Part shown: positions 40,547-50,815 of the stretch, piece after piece | Numbering within the stretch: position 1 is the first letter of the stretch | Layout: each line of letters opens with the position of its first letter | From: Candidatus Aminicenantales bacterium | GTDB taxonomy: Bacteria; Acidobacteriota; Aminicenantia; Aminicenantales; UBA4085 | Assembly: GCA_049515535.1 (NCBI GenBank) | Contig: JBEKTZ010000008.1 | Coordinates: 1-64,000 of the forward strand | Reading direction: 5' to 3' | Length of the DNA: 64,000 nt | Translations under genes and position numbers: made by a program | The notes under the pieces: generated by a model | What the model saw: only the letters and a program-made list of their open reading frames with translations | What the model was told of the DNA's origin: nothing | The model's database searches: none

Positions 40547-41104
40547 TCAATCTTCTAATTTGCTTTCCTCTTCCTCCCGCCAGTGTTCTTCCCTTTCTCG
40601 CTTATCTTCTTCAACAAAATAGTTGTAGCATTCCATACATATTAAAAACCAATCCCTATGGCAGTCTGGCGGTGTCGTAGAACAGAAATTGCAGATCAAT
40701 TTTCCGCAGCGCTCGCAATTTGTGAAGCTAAGGGGAGGAGAAGGAAATGTTTTCCCTTCAGTGTGGGGTTCATGCGCGCCGCAGACCTGGCATCTGGGAA
40801 TGACTCTCTTTGCTTCTTCCTCTTCGAGCTCTTCTTGCCTTTGCCTTTCCTCTTCCTCCTTTTCTAGCTCCTCACTTTGTCGCTCCTCATCGCAGTCAGG
40901 ACAAACGTAGCAAAACCTATCCTCCCAACGACTAAAACGAATTTGTGGCCGAAGACTTGCGGGCTTTAAAGTCCATCTCGCGTGAACGGGGCAAATATCT
41001 TTTTGACAGAAATAGCAGCTTTTTAATAGTCTAATGTCTCCAACAAAAACGCCACAAACGTCACATTCAAAGCCGAGCTTGCCGCTTCTAACTGAGTATC
41101 CCAT
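40547..41104 (-). CDS. Cys-rich double zinc-finger protein with acidic linker
   Basis: Multiple CxxC pairs in two clusters. Confidence 0.7.
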   Translation of the reverse strand: MGYSVRSGKLGFECDVCGVFVGDIRLLKSCYFCQKDICPVHARWTLKPASLRPQIRFSRWEDRFCYVCPDCDEERQSEELEKEEEERQRQEELEEEEAKRVIPRCQVCGAHEPHTEGKTFPSPPLSFTNCERCGKLICNFCSTTPPDCHRDWFLICMECYNYFVEEDKREREEHWREEEESKLED

Positions 41105-41282
41105 TTTCTTCCTTGCCTCTTCTCTTTCGCGCAGGAATATCCTTCTTCAGCGATTCGAGAGCGGTTTCATATCGCCGAAGCTCCTTCTGGATCTGGATCA
41201 GCTCTTCTTTCTTGGCCTTTTCTCCTTCCCTCAGCTTACTCACTTTTCTTTCTAACATTTCCTCGATGTTTTGCCTTGCCAT
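41088..41282 (-). CDS. small coiled-coil protein
   Basis: SD AGGAGG; overlaps the downstream gene. Confidence 0.6.
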   Translation of the reverse strand: MARQNIEEMLERKVSKLREGEKAKKEELIQIQKELRRYETALESLKKDIPARKRRGKEENGILS

Positions 41283-41307
41283 TTTGGCCTCCTTTTATGA
41301 TATATCT

Positions 41308-41381
41308 TTCGGGTAGCAATTCGGGTAGCAAAATATGGCTAAAATTGCTATAAATTTGGCTAATTTGGCCTAATTTGGCTA
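41308..41381. repeat. short direct repeats next to the tRNA 3' end (arm-type/RDF site candidates)
   Basis: TTCGGGTAGCAA x2 (41308-41331); AATTTGGC(C)TA x3. Confidence 0.6.
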
Positions 41382-41448
41382 ATGAAGTCAGATAAAAGAA
41401 AAAATCACAACTTATTGATTCTAGAACAATATAGGGGGAAAAAAGGAG

Positions 41449-41522
41449 CGTGCCTGACAGGATTCGAACCTGCGACCTACGGCTCCGGAGGCCGTCGCTC
41501 TATCCAGCTGAGCTACAGGCAC
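41449..41522 (-). tRNA. tRNA-Arg(CCG), CCA not encoded
   Basis: GTGCCTG/CAGGCAC acceptor stem, D-arm AGCTCAGCTGGATAGAGC, ACGGC-CTCCGGA-GCCGT anticodon arm, GGTTCGAATCC. Confidence 0.97.
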
Positions 41523-41807
41523 GTGGGCGGAAAATCCGTATATTTTTATATCTTAATTGGCCGCTAAAGGCAAGGGACGGGCAGGCTGAGGCTCATACTG
41601 GACTTCAGTACAGTTTCTGGGTACACGATACCCTGTCCCCATCTGATGATCTCCACGAAGTTGATCATTAAATCGCTTCCCATGGGGATAGGGAATCATG
41701 TCCCCGAAACTGGACCGCCGCAAAGGCAAGGGAGGAACACGCTTCAACTTGCCTAACGCCGCCATATCAGCTATCTTATTTCGGAAAGGCCGCGCAAAAA
41801 GATAAAG

Positions 41808-43028
41808 ATGCAATATCGACAATTCGGCAGGCTCGATTGGAAAGTTTCGGCACTGGGGTTCGGCTGCATGCGGCTACCGACGACCGACCACGCGCCAGGC
41901 AGCCAAGCTGTTAACGAAAAAGAAACGGAATCCATGATCCTCTCCGCGATCGACCGGGGCGTCAATTATGTCGATACCGCCTATCCGTATCACAACGGGA
42001 TGAGCGAAACCATCGTCGGAAAAATATTGAAGGGCGGCTACCGCCGCAAGGTCAAGCTGGCGACGAAGTCGCCGGTCATGCTCCTCAAAAAGCCGGAGGA
42101 TTTCGACGCGTATCTCGCCGAGCAGCTCAAACGGCTCCAGACCGACCATATCGATTTCTATTTGCTTCACGCTTTGAGCGCCCAGCGATGGCCTGTGATC
42201 CTCGGCCTCGACGTCCTTCGGAAAGCGGAAACCGCGGTCCGGGACGGCCGGATCGGGCATTTCGGATTCTCGTTCCACGACAATTTTGAGACCTTCAAAA
42301 AGATCGTCGACGGCTATGACGGCTGGACTCTCTGCCAGATCCAGTACAACTACATGGACATAGAGAACCAGGCCGGAACCAAGGGCCTTCGATACGCGGC
42401 GGCCAAGGGGCTGGCCGTCGTCGTCATGGAGCCGCTGTTGGGCGGGCGATTGTCGAAACCGCCGCGGGCTGTCCAGGATATTTTCGACGAATTTCCCGTA
42501 AAACACTCGCCCGCCGATTGGGCTCTCCAGTGGACATGGAACCAGCCGGAAGTCGCGGTCACCCTGAGCGGAATGAGCGAGAAAAAACAGGTCGAGGAAA
42601 ACCTGCGTTCAGCCGAGAACTCGGCGATCGGGTCTTTTGGGCCGGAGGAATCGCGCCTGATCGAGCGCGTCCGGGAAAAATTCAGGGAGAGGACAGTCAT
42701 CCCCTGCACGAAATGCGGATACTGCGTCCCCTGCCCGAACGGGGTGGACATTCCCAGAAATTTCGAGCTTTATAACGACGGCGTCATATACGAGGACATG
42801 AATACGCCGCGGATGCTCTATATGCGGTTTTTGGGAGAAAACGAGCGGGCAAGTTCCTGCCGCCAATGCGGGACATGCGAGGAAAAGTGCCCGCAAGGCA
42901 TCGCCGTCCGCGAATGGATGACGAAGGTGGATGCAGTGCTGGGGGAGGGCAAGGCTGCGGCCACGGCGGCCACCGTGGGCACGGCGGCCGGAGCGAGCGG
43001 AAAAACCGGTTCGACCGGGAAAAAATAA
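41808..43028 (+). CDS. aldo/keto reductase with C-terminal 4Fe-4S domain
   Basis: LGFGCMRLP, DTAYPYH, CTKCGYCVPCP and CRQCGTCEEKCPQ motifs. Confidence 0.95.
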   Translation: MQYRQFGRLDWKVSALGFGCMRLPTTDHAPGSQAVNEKETESMILSAIDRGVNYVDTAYPYHNGMSETIVGKILKGGYRRKVKLATKSPVMLLKKPEDFDAYLAEQLKRLQTDHIDFYLLHALSAQRWPVILGLDVLRKAETAVRDGRIGHFGFSFHDNFETFKKIVDGYDGWTLCQIQYNYMDIENQAGTKGLRYAAAKGLAVVVMEPLLGGRLSKPPRAVQDIFDEFPVKHSPADWALQWTWNQPEVAVTLSGMSEKKQVEENLRSAENSAIGSFGPEESRLIERVREKFRERTVIPCTKCGYCVPCPNGVDIPRNFELYNDGVIYEDMNTPRMLYMRFLGENERASSCRQCGTCEEKCPQGIAVREWMTKVDAVLGEGKAAATAATVGTAAGASGKTGSTGKK

Positions 43029-43127
43029 GCCGGCGCGCGAAAAGTCCGGTCCGGCCTTGTTTTTTGAAAGAAAATCCATGCTCGTGACGTCTAAATAGTG
43101 TTTACGTTTAACTTCTAGGAGGAGTGA

Positions 43128-44978
43128 ATGAAAAAGAGACTCTTGATCGCACTGCTTCTCATGTTCTCGATCATCGCCCTGCAGGCCCAACAGCCGGCCC
43201 AGCAGCAGATGAAGCTCGAGGACGTGCAGAAAGCGCTCAGCCTGGTGGACAAGCCCCAACCCGTCCCCGATAAGTACAAAGCGGGATTCGAGGCCATCAC
43301 GGGGAAAGACTCGATCGCCATGCTGACCTACCTTTCATCCGACTGGATGGAAGGCCGGGAGACCGGAACTCGGGGCTTCGCCATGGCCGCCGAGTATGCC
43401 GCTTCGCTTTTGAAGCTGTGGGGCGTCAAGCCCGCCGGCGACATGCCGGGATTCGGCGGCGGCCGCGGCGGTTTCGGCGGCCCGAGCGGCGGCGCAGCAG
43501 CGCCGGCCAATCCCCCCGAGCGGACCTACTTCCAGGCATTCGCCTTGAAACAGACCTTGGACGTTCAGTCTTCGATCACCCTCGAAGTCAACAAGAACGG
43601 AGCGCTGAAGTCGCATACGTACCAGGGCGGCCTGGACTACGCGGCCGGCCAGGGCGGAGCGTCCGAAATCCTGAGCGCGCCCGTCGTGTTCGTGGGCTAC
43701 GGAATCCAGGAGCCCTCGATCCAATGGGACGAGCTTAAGGGCCTTAACCTCAAGGGCAAAATCGTCCTGGTGCTGACCGAAGCGCCCGGAAAAGACGACC
43801 CCAAATCGCCCTTCAACACGAAGAAAGAATTGAAGGACAAATACTTCCCCGCGGCCCCGGCCGGCGGCATGAGAGCCATGATGGGCCCGGGCGGACCAGG
43901 CCAAAGATTCAATAAGCTCGATGCGATCCGGAAGCTCGGCCCGGCGGCCATCGTCCAGGTCGCGAACAACGGCACGGACGCCGCCATTTTCCGGCAATTG
44001 TCCGCGCCTCGCCCCATCAACGACGAGCGGCCGATCATCAACAAGCCCCGGACCCGCCTGGCGGTCGCGGGCGACACCCAGGGAGCCATGGGCCAGGGCG
44101 GCGGCCAGCCCCAGACGATCACCCGCGAAATGGCCAACTTCCTTCTCGATGTCGCGGGCAAGACGATCGACGATCTGAAAACCCAGATCAATACCACATA
44201 CAAGCCCGCCTCGATCGACCTCGGCGGCACGAAGATGACAATCAACACGGCGGCCAAGACGGCCCTCATCCGCGGCCTCAACGTGCTCGGCATGATCGAG
44301 GGCTCTGATCCGACGCTCAAGAACGAATATTTCGTCGTGGGCGCCCACTGCGACCATCTTGGAAAGTGGGAAGATTACGTTTACAACGGCGCGGACGATA
44401 ACGGCTCAGGCTCGATCGGCGTCCTGAATATCGCCCATGCCATCGCCACCAATCCGATCAAGCCGAAACGGTCCATCGTGTTCGCTCTGTGGACGGGCGA
44501 AGAGGAAGGCCTCCTCGGTTCCCGCTATTATGTCCAGAACCCGATTTACCCGATCGCCAAGACCGTCGGCTACCTGAACTTCGACATGATCAGCCGGCCC
44601 TTCGATGCAACCACGATCGCCCGCACGCTTCAGACCTATAGCGTCCCCGGCGCCGAGGAGCTGGTGAAGAAGATCCGCGCGCCCTGGTTCGTCACCGTCG
44701 ACCTGACGGAAGGCACGCCTTTCGCCGACATCGCCCGCGATATGAACAAGTACGTCGGCCTTGACCTGGCTATGCGGCCGGCTCCGCTCGGCGTGGGGCG
44801 CGGCGGCTCCGACCATGCTTCGTTCGCCTCGGTCAAGCTGCCTTTCGTTTATTACATGGCGGCCATGACCTCGGATTACCACCAGACGAGCGACAGTGTG
44901 GAGAAAGTCAGCGGAGAATTGATCGCCAAGATCAGCCGGCACGGCTATCTGACGATTTTCGCCTTCGCCGACAAATAG
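43128..44978 (+). CDS. M28 family peptidase with PA domain, secreted
   Basis: GAHCDH, GADDNGSG, GEEEGLLGS, NFDMI, SDH and YHQ motifs. Confidence 0.95.
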   Translation: MKKRLLIALLLMFSIIALQAQQPAQQQMKLEDVQKALSLVDKPQPVPDKYKAGFEAITGKDSIAMLTYLSSDWMEGRETGTRGFAMAAEYAASLLKLWGVKPAGDMPGFGGGRGGFGGPSGGAAAPANPPERTYFQAFALKQTLDVQSSITLEVNKNGALKSHTYQGGLDYAAGQGGASEILSAPVVFVGYGIQEPSIQWDELKGLNLKGKIVLVLTEAPGKDDPKSPFNTKKELKDKYFPAAPAGGMRAMMGPGGPGQRFNKLDAIRKLGPAAIVQVANNGTDAAIFRQLSAPRPINDERPIINKPRTRLAVAGDTQGAMGQGGGQPQTITREMANFLLDVAGKTIDDLKTQINTTYKPASIDLGGTKMTINTAAKTALIRGLNVLGMIEGSDPTLKNEYFVVGAHCDHLGKWEDYVYNGADDNGSGSIGVLNIAHAIATNPIKPKRSIVFALWTGEEEGLLGSRYYVQNPIYPIAKTVGYLNFDMISRPFDATTIARTLQTYSVPGAEELVKKIRAPWFVTVDLTEGTPFADIARDMNKYVGLDLAMRPAPLGVGRGGSDHASFASVKLPFVYYMAAMTSDYHQTSDSVEKVSGELIAKISRHGYLTIFAFADK

Positions 44979-45005
44979 AGAGTATTGGTTTATTTCGACA
45001 GCAAT

Positions 45006-45042
45006 GGCGCTCGCCCGCGGCTAATAACCGCGGGCGAGTGCC
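45006..45042. terminator. GC-rich hairpin after the M28 gene (terminator/REP-like)
   Basis: GGCGCTCGCCCGCGG-CTAATAA-CCGCGGGCGAGTGCC; a related inverted copy lies at 45303-45338. Confidence 0.6.
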
Positions 45043-45470
45043 ATTTTCCCCTCCCCTCCCTCTTCCTCATCAAAAAAATGCATCAATCTTGCCGGTTTTT
45101 GTCATTAAATTCGCTCTCATTTCGGCAAAAAACCTTATCCCCGCAAAAGGTGATATTTCGAGCATAAATATCACCCTTGGATTCATCGGCTTTGATGATT
45201 GACCCCCCCTGTTGACATTCGGTATCATGACATCGCGATGAAAGCCGTGCCCTGCACAAATAAATATCGGCGGGCATTGGCAATTCAGCGCGCAACCGGC
45301 TCGGCACTCGCCCGTGGTTTTTAGCCATGGGCGAGTGCGGCGGATGCGGATCCCCGGGCAAAGCCCGGGGCCCCGGCTGCCGTTGAAAGTTCGCGTAATG
45401 AACGAAGGTGACATTTTTTGTCAACGGCGGTAGCATATCTCTTGAGTCCTTCATCAGCTCCGGCTAAGAC

Positions 45471-46898
45471 ATGAACACGATCAAAAGAATCACGAAGAAC
45501 ACGGCCGTCATGCTGGGGGCCAACCTCATCAGCAAGATCTTCACCTTCTTTTACCTGATGTACATCGCCCGCTTTTTGGGCGCCGAGGGCTACGGGCTGT
45601 TCTCCTTCGCCTTCGGATTCACCGGCATCTTCATCATTTTCACTGACCTTGGATTGGAAACGCTGGCCGTCCGCGAAGTCGCCCGGGATCGGCGGCTGGC
45701 CGGAAAATATCTCGGCAACTTCATAACGATGAAGCTTGGCCTTTCCCTGTTGACGTTCGGACTGATCGCCGGGATCTGCGGCGTCCTGCATTATTCCCCC
45801 GCTTCGGTCCGGATCATCTATCTCATGACCCTCCACATCGTCCTCAGGGCCTTTTCCAACCTGTTTTACTCGATCTTCAAAGCTTATGAACGAATGGAGT
45901 TCATTTCCATCGGCGCGCTGCTCGGCAACGGGCTGACGCTCCTGGGCGTCGGTCTGGCCATCTGGCAGAAATTCTCGGTCATGGGCATCGCCTGGATTTA
46001 CGTGGCCGTCAGCGCCGTGGACGTCCTTTTCGCGGGATGGATCTGTCTCTGGAAATTCGCCCGTCCGAAGTTCGAAGCGGACTGGCCGTTTTGGAAAAGT
46101 TCCGTGGCCAAGGCCTGGCCGATCGGGGCCATGACCATCTTCACCATGATCTACTTCCGGATCGACACGGTCATGATCGATATGATGAAAGGCAATCCCC
46201 ACGTCGGCCTCTACGGGGCCGCCTACAGGCTCGCGGAAGTCATGACGATCATCCCTTCCATTTTCATGGTTTCGGTTTTTCCCGTCCTCTCGTCCTTCTA
46301 TCAGGTCGCGAACGATTCGTTTAAGCGGGCGTATGCGCTGTCCACCAGATATCTGTTCTATCTGGCCCTGCCCATCGCCCTGGCCGGAACGATCCTCGCC
46401 CGGCCCATCGTCGCCCTCGTCTACGGCAAGGAATATATGGACGCCGTGCCCGCCTTCCAAATCCTGTTGTGGGCGTCGGCGATCATGTTCGTGACGATGG
46501 TCCAGGGGACGACGTTCGTCGCCTCGAACAAGCAGCTCGTCAATATGGTTCTCAGCGCCCTCTCCGTCGCCTTGAACATCGGCCTCAACCTCCTCGTCAT
46601 CCCGAGATATAGTTATGTCGGCGCGTCGATGGCGACGGTCGTCACCGAGCTGTTCGGGCTCTTGACCGGCCTCTATTTCCTGAACCGCTGGGGATTCAAG
46701 CTGCGCTTCGCCCAGACCTGGCTGGTCCCGCTCGCGGGCCTTCTCGCGGCCGGGGCGATCGCCGCGCCTCTTCTCATGTGGAAGGTTAACGCCGTCGGCG
46801 TCGCCGTCCTGGCCTGCCTCGTTTATTCCGGCGTGGTCTTCAGCCTGGGCTTCAAGCGGGAAGACCGGCAGCTGCTGAAATTCGTGTTTTCAAGATGA
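45471..46898 (+). CDS. Wzx-type polysaccharide flippase
   Basis: Many TMs; IARFLGAEGYG and VGLYGAAYRL motifs. Confidence 0.9.
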   Translation: MNTIKRITKNTAVMLGANLISKIFTFFYLMYIARFLGAEGYGLFSFAFGFTGIFIIFTDLGLETLAVREVARDRRLAGKYLGNFITMKLGLSLLTFGLIAGICGVLHYSPASVRIIYLMTLHIVLRAFSNLFYSIFKAYERMEFISIGALLGNGLTLLGVGLAIWQKFSVMGIAWIYVAVSAVDVLFAGWICLWKFARPKFEADWPFWKSSVAKAWPIGAMTIFTMIYFRIDTVMIDMMKGNPHVGLYGAAYRLAEVMTIIPSIFMVSVFPVLSSFYQVANDSFKRAYALSTRYLFYLALPIALAGTILARPIVALVYGKEYMDAVPAFQILLWASAIMFVTMVQGTTFVASNKQLVNMVLSALSVALNIGLNLLVIPRYSYVGASMATVVTELFGLLTGLYFLNRWGFKLRFAQTWLVPLAGLLAAGAIAAPLLMWKVNAVGVAVLACLVYSGVVFSLGFKREDRQLLKFVFSR

Positions 46899-47845
46899 AG
46901 ATACAGCGTTACGACGAATCTTACAAAACCTTGTGGGACGATTTCGTCCGGACATCGAAGAACGGGGTCTTTCTCTTTTATCGGGATTACATGGAATACC
47001 ATGCCGACCGGTACAAGGATTTTTCCCTGCTCTTCTTCGACGGCCGCAACAAGCTCAAGGCCGTGCTCCCGGCGAGCGTGGCGGGCGAAACCGTCATCTC
47101 GCATGGAGGGCTGACCTTCGGCGGCGTCGTTTCCGGCGTCAAGATGAAGATGTCGGCCATGCTCGAGATCTTCGATTCCCTGAGCCGCTTCCTTCGCGAA
47201 AACGGCGTCCGCCGGCTCATTTACAAGGCCGTTCCCCATATCTACCACATGATGCCGGCCGAAGAGGACCTTTACGCTCTCTTTTTGCTCGGGGCGAGGC
47301 TCGTCCGCAGAGACGTCTCCTCGGCCATCGCCCGCGACCCGCGGATCGCGTTCAACCGGGACCGCCAGCGGGGTATCCGGCAAGGCAAAGAGGCCGGGTT
47401 GGAAATCGGACGCGATCTCGATTTCGCCGGTTTCATGACGCTCGCCCAGGAAGCGCTCACGGAAAAATACCGTCTGCGCCCGGCCCACACGCCCGAAGAA
47501 ATGGCCATGCTGGCCGGGCGGTTTCCGGATCATATCAAGCTCTTCACGGCCCGCAAAGAGCGGGTCTTGACCGGCGGCGTGATCGTTTATGAGAGCTCCC
47601 AGGTGGCCCACGCCCAATACAAATTCGCCAATTCCGAGGGAAGAGAATGCGGCGCGGCGGATCTCGTTCTTGATTATCTCATCCATGACTATTATCGGGA
47701 GAAACCCTATTTCGATTTCGGGATTTCGACGGAGCAAGACGGCCGCTACCTGAATGCCGGGCTGATCGAGAACAAGGAACGCTACGGGGCCCGCTCCATC
47801 GTCTATGATTTCTACGAATGGAACATTATGGAAGAGCCGAAATGA
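46895..47845 (+). CDS. GNAT/FemAB-like acyltransferase
   Basis: WDDFV..SKNGVFLFYRDYMEYH, SHGGLTFGG and YFDFGISTE motifs. Confidence 0.85.
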   Translation: MKIQRYDESYKTLWDDFVRTSKNGVFLFYRDYMEYHADRYKDFSLLFFDGRNKLKAVLPASVAGETVISHGGLTFGGVVSGVKMKMSAMLEIFDSLSRFLRENGVRRLIYKAVPHIYHMMPAEEDLYALFLLGARLVRRDVSSAIARDPRIAFNRDRQRGIRQGKEAGLEIGRDLDFAGFMTLAQEALTEKYRLRPAHTPEEMAMLAGRFPDHIKLFTARKERVLTGGVIVYESSQVAHAQYKFANSEGRECGAADLVLDYLIHDYYREKPYFDFGISTEQDGRYLNAGLIENKERYGARSIVYDFYEWNIMEEPK

Positions 47846-48282
47846 AAGATGACAACCGGATGGAACCGCGTATTCTCGAGTTCCCGAAAATTACGGATCC
47901 TCGCGGAAACCTGACCTTTCTCGAAGGACTCCGGCATATCCCCTTCAAGATACGCCGGGCCTACTGGATCTACGATGTCCCCGGCGGCGAAGTCCGCGAC
48001 GCCCACGCATTCAAGAAAGCGGAAGAGGTCATCATCTCTCTTTCCGGGAGCTTCGACGTTCTCCTGGACTCCGGAGAGAGAAAGCAGGTCTTCACCCTGA
48101 GCCGCTCCTATTACGGCTTGTATATTCCCAGTCTGTTCTGGAGACAGATGGTTCATTTCTCGACGAACGCCGTGGCCCTCGTGGCGGCATCAGAGCCCTA
48201 TGCCGAGGATGATTACATCCTGAATTTCGAAGATTTCGTGAGAATGAGAAAACATGTCCAAGGCCATAACGACAATCCGTGA
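47842..48282 (+). CDS. FdtA/QdtA-like sugar 3,4-ketoisomerase (cupin)
   Basis: DPRGNLTF, IYDVPGG, HAF, FSTNAV and DDYI motifs. Confidence 0.9.
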   Translation: MKDDNRMEPRILEFPKITDPRGNLTFLEGLRHIPFKIRRAYWIYDVPGGEVRDAHAFKKAEEVIISLSGSFDVLLDSGERKQVFTLSRSYYGLYIPSLFWRQMVHFSTNAVALVAASEPYAEDDYILNFEDFVRMRKHVQGHNDNP

Positions 48283-48703
48283 CGTCCGCTTGATCGACCT
48301 CCCCAAGGAATCGGGCGAGCGGCAGGGAAACCTGACCTACGTCTATGAGAACGAACACGTTCCTTTTCCGATCGCCCGCATCTATTACCTCTACGACGTC
48401 CCCGGCGGAGCGGAGCGGGCGGGCCATGCCCATCGAGAGCTGGAGCAGGTCCTGGTTTCCGTATCCGGGAGTTTCCGTGTCGTCGTCGACGACGGCTCCA
48501 AGCGGAAGGAGTTCACTCTCAGCCGGCCGTATTATGGCCTCTATATCCCTCACCTCATCTGGAGAGAGTTGATCGACTTTTCCTCGGGAAGCGTCTGCCT
48601 GGCTCTGGCCTCGCTGCCGTACGACCCCGAGGACTATATCTACGAGTACGAGCCGTTCCGGCGAATGAAAAAAAATCCGCCGATCAAGGGGCGGAAAAAG
48701 TGA
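48254..48703 (+). CDS. FdtA/QdtA-like sugar 3,4-ketoisomerase (cupin)
   Basis: LYDVPGGAERAGHAH and FSSGSVCLALAS motifs. Confidence 0.9.
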   Translation: MSKAITTIRDVRLIDLPKESGERQGNLTYVYENEHVPFPIARIYYLYDVPGGAERAGHAHRELEQVLVSVSGSFRVVVDDGSKRKEFTLSRPYYGLYIPHLIWRELIDFSSGSVCLALASLPYDPEDYIYEYEPFRRMKKNPPIKGRKK

Positions 48704-48707
48704 GCGC

Positions 48708-48857
48708 ATGAAAACGATCCCTTTTATGGACCTTCGCCCGGAATATGAGGAGATGAGCGGGCGCATCGACGGCGCGATCCGGAGAGTGATCAAGCGCGGT
48801 CGATTCATCATGGGCGAGGAACTCCGGCGTTTCGGTCGAAAGGTGAAGTCTTTATGA
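48708..48857 (+). pseudogene. 5' stub of a DegT/DnrJ (FdtB-like) aminotransferase
   Basis: MKTIPFMDLRPEYEEMSGRIDGAIRRVIKRGRFIMGEELRRF...* (49 aa), the typical DegT N-terminus. Confidence 0.8.
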
Positions 48858-49759
48858 ACGCGGGCGACCACGCTCACGGCCCAAAGGTCTCGGTCATCAT
48901 CGTCAACTGGAACGTGGCGAACCTGCTCGACCTTTGCCTGGCCTCTCTCCTCAAGAACGCGGCCGATGTTTCATGGGAAGCGGTCATCGTCGACAACAAC
49001 TCGTCCGGGACGTCGTTCCGGGATGTCCGGAATAAATACGCGGGTTTCTCGCAGTTCCGTTGGATCGAGAACAAAGAGAACATCGGAAATGTGGCCGCGA
49101 ACCAGGCCTGGCGCATCAGCCGGGGGCAGTATTTATTGGAGCTGGGGCCGGATGCCATGGTCCTGCCCGGCGCCGTGGCAAATATGGCCGAGTTCCTCGA
49201 CGGCCACCCTGAAGCGGGGGCGGTCGCGGCCCGCTTTCTGAACCCGGACGGGACGCCCCAGAACTACTACTACCGGCATTGGAATCTCATGATGTGTTTT
49301 CTGACGACCGGCCTGGGCAAGCTCATCGACAAAAAAATCTTCCGCCATGCAAAGGAAATCAAATATTTCGGATATGACCTCGATACCCGGAAGATTATAA
49401 CGGTGGAACAGCCGGCCGGAGCCTGTCTCCTGGTCCGGCGGGAAGCCCTGGCGCCGGGAGATCTCGTGGACCGGCGATTTCCCTTTTATTTTGACGACGC
49501 CGACCAATGCCAGAGGATCGCGGACAAAGGATATAAAATCTATATCCTCCCCTCGGCGGAGATCATCCACGATCAATGCGCGTCTTTCAATAAAACGAAC
49601 AACGACTGGCGGGAGCGGGAATTCCGCCGGAGCGCCGTCCGGTATTTTCAGAAGTTCCATCCGGGTCAGGTCGTCTTCTTGAAGATCTTGTTCTTGTTAA
49701 CGTCGGCAACGAAATCTTTATACGATACGGTCCTTTCCCCGGGCCGTCGGAACCGCTGA
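48854..49759 (+). CDS. GT2 glycosyltransferase
   Basis: VSVIIVNWN, IVDNNS and GACLLVR motifs. Confidence 0.9.
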   Translation: MNAGDHAHGPKVSVIIVNWNVANLLDLCLASLLKNAADVSWEAVIVDNNSSGTSFRDVRNKYAGFSQFRWIENKENIGNVAANQAWRISRGQYLLELGPDAMVLPGAVANMAEFLDGHPEAGAVAARFLNPDGTPQNYYYRHWNLMMCFLTTGLGKLIDKKIFRHAKEIKYFGYDLDTRKIITVEQPAGACLLVRREALAPGDLVDRRFPFYFDDADQCQRIADKGYKIYILPSAEIIHDQCASFNKTNNDWREREFRRSAVRYFQKFHPGQVVFLKILFLLTSATKSLYDTVLSPGRRNR

Positions 49760-50803
49760 ATGCCCGCCTCAACCGCGCTTCGAGTTTCCATCGTCATTCT
49801 CAACTGGAACGGATGGGAAGACACGCTCGCCTGCCTGGAATCCGTGCGGCGCTCCGACTATCCCGATTTTCGGATCATCCTCGTCGACAACGGCTCCACG
49901 AACGATTCCCTGGAAAGAATCTCGGCCTGGTGCGCCGGCAAAATGCCCGTGATTTCGATCAACGCCGCCACCCAGGAAAAGGGCCCGGCCGAAGCGGAAA
50001 ACATGGACAGCCTCCCGCCCGCCGAGCGGCCTCTCGTCATCCTCAAAACGGGAAAAAATCTGGGCTTTTCCGAAGGCAACAACGTCGCCATCCGACGGGC
50101 TTTAGCGGGATCGCGGCCGGCCGACGTGGTTTTTCTCCTCAATAACGACACGAGGATCGAAACCGGCGCCGTCTCCCGGGCCGTCGAGGTCCTGCGCGAG
50201 CGGCAAGCCGGAATCGTCGGCTGCGTGATAAAGGACGCATCGGGAACAGTGACACTGTTCGGCGGAGATCTCCGCCCGCCGAAGTTTTTTTATGCCCCTT
50301 ATAGGCTCTTCCTGCGCAAACACAAGCCCGGCGACGAGGCGGTCAGCGTCGTCTGGGGAACGGCGATGCTCATCCGCCGCGATGTTCTGCTCGCGCATGA
50401 AGCGCGCTTCGGCCATTTTTTGAATCCCTCGTATTTCCTCTATATGGAAGACTATGATTTCTGCTTCGAGACGCAGAAAATGGGATATCCCATCATAGTG
50501 GCCAAGAACGCCGTCGTCTATCATGGCCACACCGCTAATTACGCCCAAACCAAGTTCCGGAATGCCATCACTCTTTATTATTCCACGAGAAACACGATCC
50601 ACATCGCCAACAGTTTCCTGCCGATCGGATGGCGGCTGATCTTTCATCTCTATTTTCCCTTGGTGAGATGTAAGGATATCTTTTTATTGCTGATCCGAAG
50701 AAAGACCATCGAGGTCCGGGCCCTGCTTGACGGTCTCCGGGATGGATATCGGGGAGTGAAGGGCGAATGGCCCAAGCACCCTTCGGAAAGCCGGACCTCG
50801 TGA
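49760..50803 (+). CDS. GT2 glycosyltransferase
   Basis: ILNWNG, VDNGS, LLNND and YMEDYD motifs. Confidence 0.9.
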   Translation: MPASTALRVSIVILNWNGWEDTLACLESVRRSDYPDFRIILVDNGSTNDSLERISAWCAGKMPVISINAATQEKGPAEAENMDSLPPAERPLVILKTGKNLGFSEGNNVAIRRALAGSRPADVVFLLNNDTRIETGAVSRAVEVLRERQAGIVGCVIKDASGTVTLFGGDLRPPKFFYAPYRLFLRKHKPGDEAVSVVWGTAMLIRRDVLLAHEARFGHFLNPSYFLYMEDYDFCFETQKMGYPIIVAKNAVVYHGHTANYAQTKFRNAITLYYSTRNTIHIANSFLPIGWRLIFHLYFPLVRCKDIFLLLIRRKTIEVRALLDGLRDGYRGVKGEWPKHPSESRTS

Positions 50804-50815
50804 GCGGAACACAAC

